A stretch of 61,897 nucleotides of DNA, the filler included, from Chiloscyllium plagiosum (taxonomy: Eukaryota): assembly GCF_004010195.1 (NCBI RefSeq). It is 5 parts of one record of this genome, joined end to end, with 100 filler letters (N's around TTAATTAATTAA, not from the genome) between each part and the next. Parts side by side here need not be neighbours in the genome. Positions count along the whole stretch, not along the records: positions 34,836 to 42,105 come from NC_057715.1; positions 42,206 to 52,232 come from NC_057715.1; 3 more parts are not named here. One strand, given 5' to 3'. The notes below the pieces were generated by a model. It searched no databases, was not told where the DNA came from, and saw only the letters and a list, made by a program, of their open reading frames with translations. Of this stretch, positions 37,906-48,909 are shown in pieces. Within the stretch, counting starts at the first letter, position 1; each line of letters starts with the position of its first letter. The position numbers were made by a program, and so were the translations under genes.

Positions 37906-38984
37906 TTGTTAATCTTCTAACTCCATTTACCTCAATTGTAATTGAAGTTTTTCTACCTCTACTGCACTTGTCTGTTTCTCTGACACACCTAAGTGTTTGA
38001 GTAATTCCCTAACAATTTCAGCTTTACTTTTGTCCTTGGTTAAACGCAAATCTAACTTCTTTGCTAATTCTAAAAGTATGGCATTTTTCTTTCCTTTTAA
38101 ACTTTCTTGGCAAATCTGGGAATCATCTTCAAATCCCAGAACCTCTTAGCAATTTTAAGAGTCCTTTCTCTCACTTTTAACTTAATTAACCACAAGTCAC
38201 TGAAATTAAACAAATTGTTTCACCTACCTTTTATTTAAAGATCTAGGACACTAACCTGCAAGTGTTTAAATCTGCTGGGATTTTTTGTAACCACAAATCT
38301 AATCAATTTCCCCCCCGTCTTATACCCCAAAAGCACCGGGATAGTACCACTGGTTTTTAAGATGGTCAATATACTCAATTCAAATTGGATTGGAGTTTGA
38401 TATTTTTTGGGGTATAATTTAAACTGATTGGCTGAATTCGAATTTGTGATTTTGTTTCATAGCAATTCAGCGAATGCTGTTTGTTCTGAACCAAATGTTA
38501 CTTTGTAAGTTCTCCAGCACTCGCTGTACTTACCCGGTTCTTCACTTTCTTAAAGGTACACCCACATCTTCATAACAATCTCAAATCTTTAACTTTTCTT
38601 GAAGTAATCAATGCAACCATGATCTTATCAAATGGAGGAACAGGATTAAAGGGGATACCCTAATTTCTAATCCATACATTCATATTGATGACTTTATTAA
38701 TTCTGTTTTCTTTCCACATATGCTGCCTGACCTGCTGAGTATTTACAGCATTTGCTGTTAGGATTTAAAGTTTTCAAGCAGTATTTTGTTTCATAAGTTT
38801 CTGACGGTAATGGGGTCGGAGATGTCTGGAATAATTTAGACAGATGTATTTTTATTTGTGATGGGACATAATTCTTCATATACATGTTATCTTTGGAAAG
38901 CAGTTTGAATAGTTTGTCTGTAGATTTTCCAGATAACTTTTATGATTAGAATGAAATTTTGTAGAAATTTCCCTCAAGTGATTT

Positions 38985-39213
38985 CATGTTTCCCTGCTTT
39001 ATGAAAGTAGAGTGTTCCTATGAAACCTTTTGTAAGCCGAAATAGCATAAAGCAAAGAAGCATGAATTTTTTATATGTAAAAATTTCACCTTTGCATGTA
39101 TAAGTGAAAATCCTCTTTGGATTTCTTTTGGTTAGCAAAAACGGATACTAGTGTAGGTCTTTCGTAAAAGTGATTTGGTGTAAAGCGAACTTTCGAAACT
39201 GGGGGATACCTGT
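38985..39213. mobile_element. Probable Tigger/pogo-type MITE
   Basis: Degenerate terminal inverted repeats: CATGTTTCCCTGCTTTATGAAAGT versus reverse complement of right end CAGGTATCCCCCAGTTTCGAAAGT, which is followed by TA. Confidence 0.45.
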
Positions 39214-39419
39214 ATCTGAATGTAATATGGATCTGGATACGAGAGATTATGTATGATCTATGAAATCAATAGCCTCAAAATACTGAAGATCTGTTAGATT
39301 ATAACCTGGTGTTGTGGGATTTTTTTAACAATTTACTGAAGAACATTGGTCTATGCAGTGCTTTTGTTAGATTAGAATTAAAGCACCAATGGTTTGCAAT
39401 GTCAATGCTTATGGAAAAA

Positions 39420-41720
39420 TGCACCATCACTTCCTCTGGCAGCTCATTCCATGCATGTAGCACACTCTGCATGAAAAGGTTGCCCCTTAGCCCCTTTTAT
39501 ATCTTTCCCCTCTCACCCTAAATCTATGCCCTCTGGTTCTGGACCCAGGGAAGAGACCTTGTCTATTTATCCTGTCCATGCTCCTCATGATTTTATAAAC
39601 CTCGATAAGGTCACCCCTCATCTTCTGACGCTCCAGGGAAAACAGCCCCAGCCTATTCAACCTCTCCCTATAGCTCAAATCCTGATAACACACTTGTAAA
39701 TCTTTTCTGAACCCTTTCAAGTTTCACAACATTCTTCCAATAGGAGGGAGACCAGAATTGTACTTAATATTCCAAAAGTTGCCTAACCAAAGTTCTGTAC
39801 AGCCGCAACATGACCTCCCAACCCCTGTATTGAATACTCTGACCAATAAAGGAAAGCATACCAAACGCCTTTTTCACTATCCTTATATACCTGCGACTGC
39901 ACATTCAAAGAGCTATGAACCTGGTCTCCAAGGTCTCTTTGTTCAGCAACACTTCCTAGGACCTTATCATTATGTAAACGTCCTGCTAAGATTTGCTTTC
40001 CCAAAATGTAGCATCTTGCATTTATCTAAATTAAACTCCATCTGCCACTCCTCAGCCCATTGGCTCATCTGATCAAGGTCCTGTTGTATTCTGAGGTAAC
40101 CTAAGAAGGGCTTATGCCCGAAACATCGATTCTCCTGCTCCTCGGTTGCTGCCTGGCCTGCTGTGTTTTTCCAGCATCACATTTTTCAATTCTGGTCTCC
40201 AGCATCTGCAGTCCTCATTTTCTCCTAACCTCTTCGCTGTCCACTAACCTCCAATTTTGGTGTCATCTGGAAACTTACTAACAATACCTCTTATACTCAC
40301 ATCCAAATCATTTATATAAATGACAAAAAGTAGTGAACCCAGCACTGATCTTTGTGGCACTCCACTGGTTACAGTCTGAAAAACATCCCTCCACCAACCT
40401 CTGTCTTATACCTTTGAGCCAGTTCTGTATCCAAATGGCTAGTTTGCCCTGTATTCCATGAGATCTAACCTTGCTAACCAGTCTTCCATGGGAAACCTTA
40501 TGGAACACCTTACTGTAGTCCATACAGATCGTGTCCACTGCTCTGCCCTCAACAATCCTCTTTGTTACTTCTTCAAAACACTCTATCAAGTTTGTGAGAC
40601 ATTATTTCCCATGCACAAAGCCATGTTGACTATCCCTAATTAGTCCTTGTCTTTCCAAATACATGTACATCCTGTCCCTCAGGATTCCCTCCAACAACTT
40701 GCCCACCACCGAGGTCAGGCCCACTGGTCTATAATTCTCAGGCTTGTCCGTATGACCCTTCTTAATCAGTGGCACCATGTTAGCCAACCTCCAGTCTTCT
40801 GGCACCTCACCTGTGACTATCAAAGATACAAATATCTCATCAAGAGGCCCAGCAATCACTTCTCTAGCTTCCCACAGAGTTATACTGGACACCTCATCAG
40901 GTGTTGGGGATTTATCCACTTCTTTGTGTTTCAAGAGATCCAGCACTTCCTCCTCTGTAATATGGACATTTTTCAAGATGTCACCATCTATTTCCCTACA
41001 GTCTATGTCTTCCATGTCCTTCTCCACTGTAAACACTGATTAAAAATATTTGTTAAGTATCTCCCCCATCTCCTGCAGCTCCACACAAAGGCTGCCTTGC
41101 TGATCTTTGAGGGGCCCTATTCTCTCCCTAGTTACCCTTTGTCCTTAATATATTTATAAAAACCCTTTGGATTCTCCTTAATTTTATATACCAAAGCTAT
41201 CTCATGTCCCTTTTTGCCCTCTTGATTTCCCTCTTAAGTAGGCTCCTACTACCTTTATACTCTTCGAAGGATTTCCTTTGTCCTTAATATATTTATAAAA
41301 ACCCTTTGGATTCTCCTTAATTTTATATGCCAAAGCTATCTCATGTCCCCTTCTTGCCCTCTTGATTTCCCTCTTAAGTAGGCTCCTACTACCTTTATAC
41401 TCTTCGAAGGATTTATTCGATCTATCTTGTCTATACCTGACATATGCTTCCTTCTTTTTCTTAACCAAACGCTCAGTTTCTTCAGTCATCCAGCTTTCCC
41501 TACACCTTTCCTTTCACCCTAACAGGAATATACTGTCTCTGGACTCTCGTCATCTCATTTCTGAAGGCTTCCCATTTTCCAGCTGCCCCTTTACCTGCAA
41601 AGATCTGCCCTCCATCAGTTTTTGAAAATTCTTGCCTGATACTGTCAAAATTATCCTTTCTCCAAATTAGAATTTCAACTTTTAGATCTGGTCTATCCTG
41701 TTCCATCACTATTTTAATTG
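39420..41720 (-). mobile_element. CR1/HER1 ORF2 fragment with nested PLE family A pLTR (~40100-40227)
   Basis: ORFs 40602-41036, 40308-40589 and 39487-39720 carry NYRPV.LTS, QHGF and RGDLIEVYK. Confidence 0.88.
41136..41414 (+). repeat. ~139-bp tandem duplication within CR1
   Basis: 41136-41274 repeated nearly exactly at 41275-41414. Confidence 0.9.
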
Positions 41721-41837
41721 TGGAATTCAATCCCCAAAACCCCAAAATTTCTTTTAATAAAATAAAACATTTGCATTATTCAATAAAAGAATCAAAGGAT
41801 TTGAATGCTGTGTTTTGCATTGCACTTTTAGAAAGAT

Positions 41838-42105
41838 GAGGAGAAAGTGAGGACTGCAGATGCTGGAGATCAGAGCTTAAAGATATATTGCTGGAAAAGC
41901 GGAGCAGGTCAGGCAGCATCAAAGGAACAGGAGAATCGATGTTTCGGGCATAAGCCCTTCTTCAGGAATGAGGAGGGTGTGCTAAGCAGGCTAAGATAAA
42001 AGATAGGGAGGAGGGACTTGGGGGAGGGGCGTTGGGAATACGATAGATGGAAGAAGGTTAAGGTAAGGTGATAGGCCGGAGAGGGGGTGGGGGCAGAGAG
42101 GTGAG
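41838..42105 (-). mobile_element. PLE family A pLTR
   Basis: Reverse complement of the 34836-35104 type. Confidence 0.8.
41934..41969 (-). ncRNA. Minimal type I hammerhead ribozyme, family A
   Basis: ATTC-CTGAAGA-A-GGGC-TTAT-GCCC-GAAAC-ATC-GATT: CUGANGA core, 4-bp stem II, GAAA, NUH site. Confidence 0.7.
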
Positions 42106-42205
42106 NNNNNNNNNNNNNNNNNNNNNNNNNNNNNNNNNNNNNNNNNNNNTTAATTAATTAANNNNNNNNNNNNNNNNNNNNNNNNNNNNNNNNNNNNNNN
42201 NNNNN

Positions 42206-42870
42206 CCCTCCCATCCTGGCACTTTCCCCTGCCACCGCAGGAACTGTAAAACCTGCGCCCACACCTCCTCCCTCACCTCTATCCAAAGCCCTAAAGGAGC
42301 CTTCCACATCCATCAAAGTTTTACCTGCACATCCACTAATATCATTTACTGTATCCGTTGCTCCCGATGCGGTCTCATCTACATTGGGGAGACTGGACGC
42401 CTCCGAGCAGAGCGCTTTAGGGAACATCTCCGGGACACCCGCACCAATCAACCACACCGCCCCGTGGCCCAACATTTCAACTCTCCCTCCCACTCTGCCG
42501 TGGACATGGAGGTTCTGGGCCTCCTTCACCGCTGCTCCCTCACCACCAGACGCCTGGAGGAAGAACTTCCGCCTCGGAACACTTCAACCCCAGGGCATCA
42601 ATGTGGACTTCAACAGTTTCCTCATTTCCCACCCAAGTTCTAAACTTCCAGCTCAACACTGTCCCCATGACTTGTCCGGACTTGTCCCACCTGTCTATCT
42701 CCTTTTCCACCTATCCACTCCACCCTCTCCTCCCTGACCTATCAACTTCNNNNNNCGCTTCAGGCTCATTGCCTTTATTCCTGATGAAGGGCTTTTGACC
42801 GAAACGTCGATTTTGAAGCTCCTTGGATGCTGCCTGAACTGCTGTACTCTTCCAGCATCACTAATCCAGA
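42206..42870 (+). mobile_element. PLE family A GIY-YIG endonuclease region plus 3' pLTR
   Basis: C..CKTC..FTCTSTNIIYCIRCSRCGLIYIGETGR..RFREH..VAQHFN..LQPQGINVDF; hammerhead CTGATGA..GAAACGTC at 42781-42808. Confidence 0.9.
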
Positions 42871-43959
42871 ACCATACAGAAAGAGGTCATTTTGCTCATG
42901 GTGTCTGTGTCAACTCTTTGAAAGGGCTGTTAGTCCCTGGCCTTCCCACATAGTCTGGTCAATGCCTGTACTATGAGCGAGTTGTCATGCTAGTTATTCA
43001 TAGTTCCTTTATTAAGATTGGAGTGAATCCAGGTTAAATTGATATCATTTAAAATCAATGATGCATTTCCTGAAAGTGCTGCATGTTTCTGTGCTTAAAA
43101 TGAAGAATATGGTCAAAATGAGTATCATAATGGTCTCATTATTTTCAGACAGCATGGTGGAAGGCATTATTGAGAAGGTCAGTTTGAGGAGGGAGATCTT
43201 TCTTATGTCTGATGGAAGAGTGCTGTCAAGACAACCGGGTCTGGAAGAAGTCAAGCAAGTCGACATTAGCTGTTTTTAATGGAATGGTATGGTCATGACA
43301 TTGTTTCTGGTGTTAGGGATGAGCAAAATTAATCATGAATTTTGATTTTGATTGCAATGCATGCATCACTTCTGAAAATTATCTGTGTGTGAACATTGAC
43401 AGCAGAATTAAGCTGAGGCTGACTCGAAACAGAAAAATAAGGCAATAGTTGGCAGAAAGGTAAACAAGTTGGCATGTATTGTTTTGAAGGAAATGCTTCT
43501 TCTATGGGGATCTTGTTCACTATAACAGTGAAATGATGTTCCTGAGAAGCAGATTACAAAGGTCTTAAATGTTTGGAGTTAGATTCATAAATATAGAGGA
43601 CCTTGATTATCCTAATGTCATTTCTCGGAATTTCGGATTATTTGAAGAAGATCTCAAGGTCTCGATAGAAACATAACATCAAAGAGGTGTTTCCAACACT
43701 GATCACGTCTTTTGTTTACAATGGTTAAAAATAAATTTGGCTTACTGAAATCCTGGACATTTATTGGAGCCCAGGCACTGTCTCCAAGTGACTGACCTCC
43801 CGCCCTTTCTCTCACCCTAAAATTTCCCTGGAGTTCTACACAGCGGTGTATCCTAAACCCCCCTTCCCCAGATAATCTCTCCAACATTGTCCTGTACAGG
43901 GCAAAGTGACTCTCCTCCCAAAGGCAGCAGCAGCAGTCTTGCTGTTGCTGTGCACTCCA

Positions 43960-44105
43960 GCTGTCCTGGGGGAAGGGCTGATGGATGGTGGGGGCGGGGC
44001 CACAGATGGGGATTGGGGTTGAGGGCGGACGGGGTTGGAGGTGGAGGTGGGGACAGACGAGGTGTGGAGGTGGGGGTGGGTGGGGCAGGCGGGGGAGCGG
44101 GTCTT
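43960..44105 (+). promoter_or_regulatory. G-rich tract with GC box (GGGGCGGGGC) and G-quadruplex potential
   Basis: Many G3-G5 runs; locally GC- and CpG-enriched; function unproven. Confidence 0.35.
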
Positions 44106-44534
44106 GCTCATCGTGTGCTGCTGCCTAGGCTCCTGATTGGGGAGCGGACTTAGCAAATGCTTGCTGTATCAATCCCATTGAACTGATGGGGATGGGGAAG
44201 ACTTCAACAATGCTGCAGGTCCCGTACACACAAATGTGTGTCTGCTCAGAAATAAACTCTGAGACAGAAAGTGGGAGCAAGGCAGGGATAGCGAGGAAAA
44301 AGGAAACTTCAGAAAACTCTGAGCCCCAGAAGAGAGGCATTAAATCAATTTACTGAATAATCAATTATCCGAACAAAATACTGTCTGCCCATCTCGTTCA
44401 GATCATCGAGGTTCCTCTGTAATTGATAGGGTTATGTTATTATGTGAAGTACAGTAATATAGTTTGTCTGTATGCCTACTGCCCCAATCTCTTTGATTAG
44501 ATTTATTATTGTCACATGTACTTAGATAGAATAA

Positions 44535-45105
44535 AACCATAAGTCACAGGAGCAGAAATTAGGCCATTGAGTCCACCGAGTCTGCTCTACCATTCAAACA
44601 TGGCTGATCAGTTTCTCAACCCCATTCTCATGCTATCTTCCTGTAACCCTTAATGCCCTTGATACTGAAGAACCTATCTATCTCATTCTTAAATTTGCTC
44701 TATGATCTCGCCTCCACAGCCTTCTGTGGCAATGAATTCCATAGATTAACCACTCTCTGGCTGAAGCAGTTTCTTCTTATCTCCATTCTAACAGGTCTTA
44801 ACTTTACTCTAAGGCTGTGCCTTCAGGTCTGAATCTCTCCGACCAATGGAAATATCTTCCCAACATGTACTCTGTCCAGGCCATTCACTATTCTGTATGT
44901 TTCAATTAGATCCCATCCCTCATCCAACTAAACTCCATTGACTATAGCCCTTGAGTCCTCAAACGTTTCTCATACGTTAAGCTTTTCATTCCTGGGATCA
45001 TTCTCATGAACCTCCTCTGAACATGCTCCAGGGCTAGTACATCCTTCCTGAGATATGGGGCCCAAAACTGTGCACAATACTCCAAATGTGATCTGACCAG
45101 AAAGG
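44535..45105 (-). mobile_element. CR1 3' end
   Basis: LVRSHLEYCAQFWAPYLRKDV..LTYEKRL; tail. Confidence 0.85.
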
Positions 45106-45988
45106 TATGTTGAAATGTTTTGTTTTGTGTGTAATACAGATAAGTAATACCACACAAAATGCATTAGAGTAATAGAACAGAGCAAAAAATACAATAGTAC
45201 GGCTGCAGAGAGGTAAGAAAAGAGGGAGACTAATATTAAATTTAAAATTTGAGATGGGGGAAAAAAAAGGTGGTGACATCTTGAAAACTGTCCATATTAC
45301 AGAGGCAGAGGTGCTGGATGTCTTGAAATGCATAAAAGTGGATAAATCCCCAGGACCTGATCAGGTGTACCCTAGAACTCTGTGGAAAGCTAGGGAAGTG
45401 ATTGCTGGGCCTCTTGCTAAAATATTTGTATCATCAATAGCCATAGGTGAGGTGCTGGAGACTGGAGAGTGGCTAACATAATGCCACTATTTAAGAAAGG
45501 TTGTAAGGAAAAGCCAGGAAATAATAGACCGATGAGCCTAACATTGGTGGTGGACAGGTTGTTGGAGGGAATCGTGAAGGACAGGATTTACATGCATTTG
45601 GAAAGGCAAGGACTGATTAGGGATAGTCATCATGGCTTTGTGCATGGGAAGTCATGTCTCATGAACTTGATTGAGCTTTTTGAAGAAGTAACGAGGAGGA
45701 TTGATGAGGGCAGAGTGGTAGATGTGATCTGTATGGACTTCAGTAAGGCGTTCGACAAGATTCCTCATGTGAGACTGGTTAGCAAGGTTAGATCTCATGG
45801 AATACAGGGAGAACTAAACATTTGGATACAGAACTGGCTTGAAGATAGAAGACAGAAGATGGTGGTGGAGGGTTGCTTGTCAGACTGAAGGTCTGTGACC
45901 AGTGGTGTGCCACAAAGATTGATGCTGGGTCCATTGCTTTTAGTAATTTCTATAAATGATTTGGATGTGAACATAGTAAGCATAGTTA

Positions 45989-46203
45989 TCATGATTTGGA
46001 GATGCCGGTGTTGGACTGGGGTGTACAAAGTTAAAAATCACACAACATCAGGTTATAGTCCAACAGGTTTAATTGCAAGCACACTAGTTTTCAGAGCGAT
46101 GCTCCTTCATCACTATCACCTGATGAAGGGGCGTCGCTCCGAAAGCTAGTGTGCTTCCAATTAAACCTGTTAGACTATAACCTGGTGTTGTGTGATTTTT
46201 AAC
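45989..46203. mobile_element. Palindromic PLE family B mini-insertion with two opposed hammerheads; 12-bp TSD
   Basis: TSD TAAGCATAGTTA at 45977-45988 and 46204-46215; inverted arms span 46029-46204. Confidence 0.88.
46117..46151 (+). ncRNA. Minimal type I hammerhead ribozyme, family B
   Basis: CAC-CTGATGA-A-GGGGC-GTC-GCTCC-GAAA-GCTA-GTG: stem I CAC/GTG, stem II with one G-U pair, palindromic AGCT in place of stem III, CUA cleavage site. Confidence 0.75.
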
Positions 46204-47154
46204 TAAGCATAGTTAGTAAGTTTGCAGATGACACCAAAATTGGAGGTGTAGTGGACAGCGAAAAAAGTTACCTCAGAGTCCAATGGAATCTTGATCTGAT
46301 GGACCAATGGGCTGAGGAGTAGCAGATGGAGTTTAATTTAGATAAATGCGAGGTGCTGCATTTTGGGAAAGCAAATCAGAGCAGAACTTATACACTTTAT
46401 AGTCGGGTCCTGGGGAGTGTTGCTGAACAAAGAGACCTTAGAGTGCAGGTTCATAGTTCCTTGAAAGTGGAGTTGCAGGTAGATAAGATAGTGAAAAAAG
46501 GCATTCGGTATGATTTCCTTTATTAGTCAGAGCACTGACTATACGAGTTAGAAGGTCATTTTGCGGCTGTATAGGACATTGGTTTGGCCACTTTTGTAAT
46601 ATTGCGTGCAATTCTAGCCTCCCTCCGAGCAGAAGGATGTTGTGAAATTTTAAAGGGTTCAGAAAAGATTTACAAGGATGTTGCCAGGGATGAAGGATTT
46701 GAGCTATAGGGAGAGGCTTAATAGGCTGGGGCTGTTTTCCCTGGAGCATCGGAGGTGGAGGGGTGACCTTATAGAGGTTTATAAAATCATGAGGGGCATG
46801 GAATGTATAAATAGACAAGGTCCAGAACTAGAGGGCATAGGTTTAGTGTGAGAGGGGAAAGATATAAAAGAGACCTAAGGGGCAACCTTTTCATGCAGAG
46901 AGTGGTGCATGTATAGAATGAGCTGCCAGAGGAAGTGGTGGGGGATGGTACATTTGCAGCATTTAAATGGCATCTGGATGGGTATTTGAATAGAAAGGAT
47001 TTGGAGGGATATGGGCCAGGTGCTGGCAAATGGGACGAGATTAGGTTAGGATATCTGGTCTGCATGGACGAGTTGGACCGAAGGGTCGGTTTCTGTGCTG
47101 TACATCTCTATGACTCTGAGTAAATTCAGAAGTCTAATAACAGCGGGGAAGAAC

Positions 47155-47900
47155 ATTGAACAATACAGCACAGTACAGGACCGTCTGCCCTCGATATTGC
47201 TCCGAACTGTGAAATTGATCTCAAGCCTACCTAACTGACACTACACTATTTTCATTCATATGTTTATCCAGCCATTTAAATGCCCTTAAATGTGGAGAGT
47301 CTATTACTGTTGCAAGCAGGACATGCCACACCCTTACTACTCTGAGTAAAAAACCTACCTCTGATATCTGTTCTATATCTATCACCCCTCAATTTGAAGC
47401 TATGTTCCCTCGTGCTAGCCATCACCATCCAAGGAAAAAGGCTCTCACTGTGCACCCTACTGAATCATCTGATCATCTTGTATGTCTCTATTAAGTCATA
47501 ATTTGAAGGAGCTGGTGTTGGGCGGGGGTGGACAAAGTTAAAAATCACACAACACCAGGTTATAGTCCAATGGGTTTATTTGGGAGCACTAGCTTTCGAA
47601 GTGCCTTCACCCAAGTGCCATCAACCACGTGATGAAAAAGCAGCGCTTTGAAAGTTAGTGCTCACAAATAAACCTGTTGGACTATAACCTGGTGTTATGT
47701 GACTTTTAACTCTATTAAGTCACCTCTTAACTTTCTTCTCTGTAGCGAATACAGTCTCAAGTCCCTTTCTTCATAAGACCTTCCCCCCATATCAGGCACC
47801 ATCCTGGTAAACCTCCTCTGTACCCTTTCCAATGCTTCCACGACCTTCCTATAATGCAATGACTGGAATTGTTTGCAATATTCCAAGTGCCACCGCACTA
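47155..47900 (-). mobile_element. CR1 3' end with nested palindromic PLE
   Basis: HLEYC.QF..LERVQRRFTRM..SYEER..RGDLIE. Confidence 0.82.
47499..47709. mobile_element. Palindromic PLE family B mini-insertion; 13-bp TSD
   Basis: TSD CTCTATTAAGTCA at 47486-47498 and 47710-47722; inverted arms; hammerheads mutated. Confidence 0.85.
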
Positions 47901-47904
47901 GTGT

Positions 47905-48185
47905 TTTGTGCAGCTCTTGAAGCTTTTCTTGAATCTGTGGTGTGTGTGTGTGTTCAAACTTTTATATCTTCTGCCTGATGCAAGAGTTTGGGAGACATTA
48001 TAACTCGGTGGGAGGGGTCTTTGATTATGTTGGCTGCCTTCCCGAGGCAGTGAGAAGCATAGACGGAGCCAATGGATGTAAGGTTGGCCTGTGTATGGAC
48101 TGGGCTGTGTTAACAATTCTCTGTAGTTTCTTACGATGGTGGGCAGAGCAGTTGCCATGCCAAGTCGTGATGTGTCCGGACAGAT
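47905..48185 (-). mobile_element. Rex1/Babar-like LINE 3' RT fragment
   Basis: ITTWHGNCSAHHRKKLQRIVNTAQSI and LASGRRYKSL..RFKKSF. Confidence 0.6.
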
Positions 48186-48568
48186 CAGGACTTGTTTGAG
48201 TACAATAAACAAAGAAATATTTCGGACTATTTGGTATTGAAATCAAATAGATTACTGCTGTAATGTGAGCACTGATGTAATGTGTCTAAGTTCTATTAGT
48301 GAGCCAGTAAAGTCTGAATTCGCACGTGAAAAATGGCCACATATAATAAACTGTTAGTCACACATTCAATTAAATTCAATTAACTCTGCTGGAATTTGAA
48401 GGGTGTCAGTGGGAATTTGAATGGAAGAGACAGGCACCAAGATGTGCACATCACTTATTCTGGAGTTTCCTCACATGGGAGGCATTTGTTTCAACAGCTG
48501 CTTCATGTTTCCAATGTAAAGATATACTTCTTTTCTTTCAAGGTGACTTCCCAAATGTCCGCAGGATT

Positions 48569-48909
48569 TCACAGATCACAAAATCCCTACAGTGCAGAAG
48601 CAGGCCATTCCAGCTCATCGAGTCCATACTAACCGTCCGAAGAGCATCCCTCCCACCCTGTAATCCTGCATTTCCCATGGCTAATCCCCCTAGCTTGCAT
48701 ATCTGTGGACACTATGGGTAATTTAGCATGACCAATCCACCTAACCTGCACATCTTTAGACTGTGGGAGGAAACTGTAGCACCTGGAGGAAGCTCACACA
48801 GAAATGGGGAGAAAGTGCAAACTCCACACAGTCACCTGTGGCTGGAATTGAACTTGGGTCCCTGGCATTGTGAGTCAGCAGTGCAAACCACTAAGTTATT
48901 GTGCCACCC
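48569..48909 (-). mobile_element. HE1-like SINE
   Basis: Same body as the other copies; degenerate head. Confidence 0.8.

Larger units (their letters stand above)
35105..38577 (-). mobile_element. Second, related Gypsy element (gag, post-protease region, integrase; RT absent), decayed
   Basis: ILLEEFK ~37330, CFHCGKVGYVKSQC ~36780-36820, GIFPDCVVTRS, IIDCVGPLP, SGQGSNF, GALERCHQTLK; LTR-like end at ~38577. Confidence 0.8.
45270..47118 (+). mobile_element. CR1/HER1 ORF2 3' half with nested palindromic PLE
   Basis: KSPGPD, HGFVHGKSC, DFSKAFD, SGVPQ, KFADDTK, 3' tail. Confidence 0.9.

Noticed and set aside
43058..43279. 73-aa plus-strand ORF as a gene
   Set aside because: No recognisable domain and a length expected by chance; overlaps the candidate minus-strand exon island
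46029..46204. CRISPR-like repeat or DNA-transposon MITE
   Set aside because: Dispersed rather than arrayed; variable 12-13-bp TSDs, asymmetric ends and linkage to a PLE endonuclease indicate retroelement origin
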